Shown here piece by piece: positions 63,742 through 64,000 of a DNA stretch of 64,000 nucleotides (the stretch's first letter is position 1; each line of letters starts with the position of its first letter). Both the position numbers and the translations under genes were made by a program. The notes beneath the pieces are model-generated. The model ran no database searches and was not told the origin of the DNA. It saw only the letters and a list, made by a program, of their open reading frames with translations. This DNA comes from Felis catus (taxonomy: Eukaryota), in the NCBI RefSeq assembly GCF_018350175.1, contig NC_058368.1:84508001-84572000 (forward strand), in the 5' to 3' direction.

Positions 63742-64000
63742 AAAAGTCTTTCAGTAACACTAATTTTGAATGAGTAAAACACCATGTCAGATTTCCCAAG
63801 GTATCTCAAATGGTGCAAGAGCTTTGACGGTCTTCACATGTGTTCTAAATTGGTTTCAGGTGCATAGCTAGATGATACAGAACATTTGTGGGAATGAGTA
63901 AAATTTCTCCTCCACTTCACTTAGGTGAAGTAATCTTCATAGGGGACTCAGCAATGTGCCCGGTCACATGCATGGTTAGAAAATTGTAGCTTGCCTTCTA
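63742..64000 (-). promoter_or_regulatory. Conserved V1R upstream block (candidate promoter/non-coding first exon), copy 2; runs off window end
   Basis: Reverse complement aligns with 35307-35566, including exact 17-mer TATGCACCTGAAACCAA and 16-mer AATCTGACATGGTGTT. Confidence 0.6.

Noticed and set aside
1..64000. CRISPR arrays, operons or prokaryotic defence/RT systems
   Set aside because: The sequence is mammalian; all RT motifs belong to LINE-1 and there is no repeat-spacer array

Overview
Mammalian genomic DNA, most likely from a felid: it carries carnivore CanSINEs with (CT)n bodies and carnivore-type LINE-1. Most of the window is stacked and nested LINE-1 of several ages, including full-length but disabled copies at ~14.3-21.0 kb and ~55.0-60.9 kb. 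There are also 12 CanSINEs, three solo retroviral LTRs with clean target-site duplications (TSDs) and several microsatellites. The only host genes I can support are two convergently oriented vomeronasal type-1 receptor (V1R) pseudogenes (~35.6-36.65 kb, + strand; 53.0-53.96 kb, - strand). The most notable observations are: (i) a U6 snRNA/LINE-1 chimeric retrocopy bounded by a 16-bp TSD; (ii) a ~260-bp non-repeat block conserved upstream of both V1R pseudogenes (candidate promoter or first exon), fused directly to the coding region in one copy; (iii) a -1 frameshift at the same codon in both V1Rs; (iv) an antisense, Kozak-flanked ORF in the 5'UTR of the youngest L1. I found no intact host protein-coding gene and no convincing wholly new biological system. 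Family and subfamily names and many L1 boundaries were judged by eye and are approximate.
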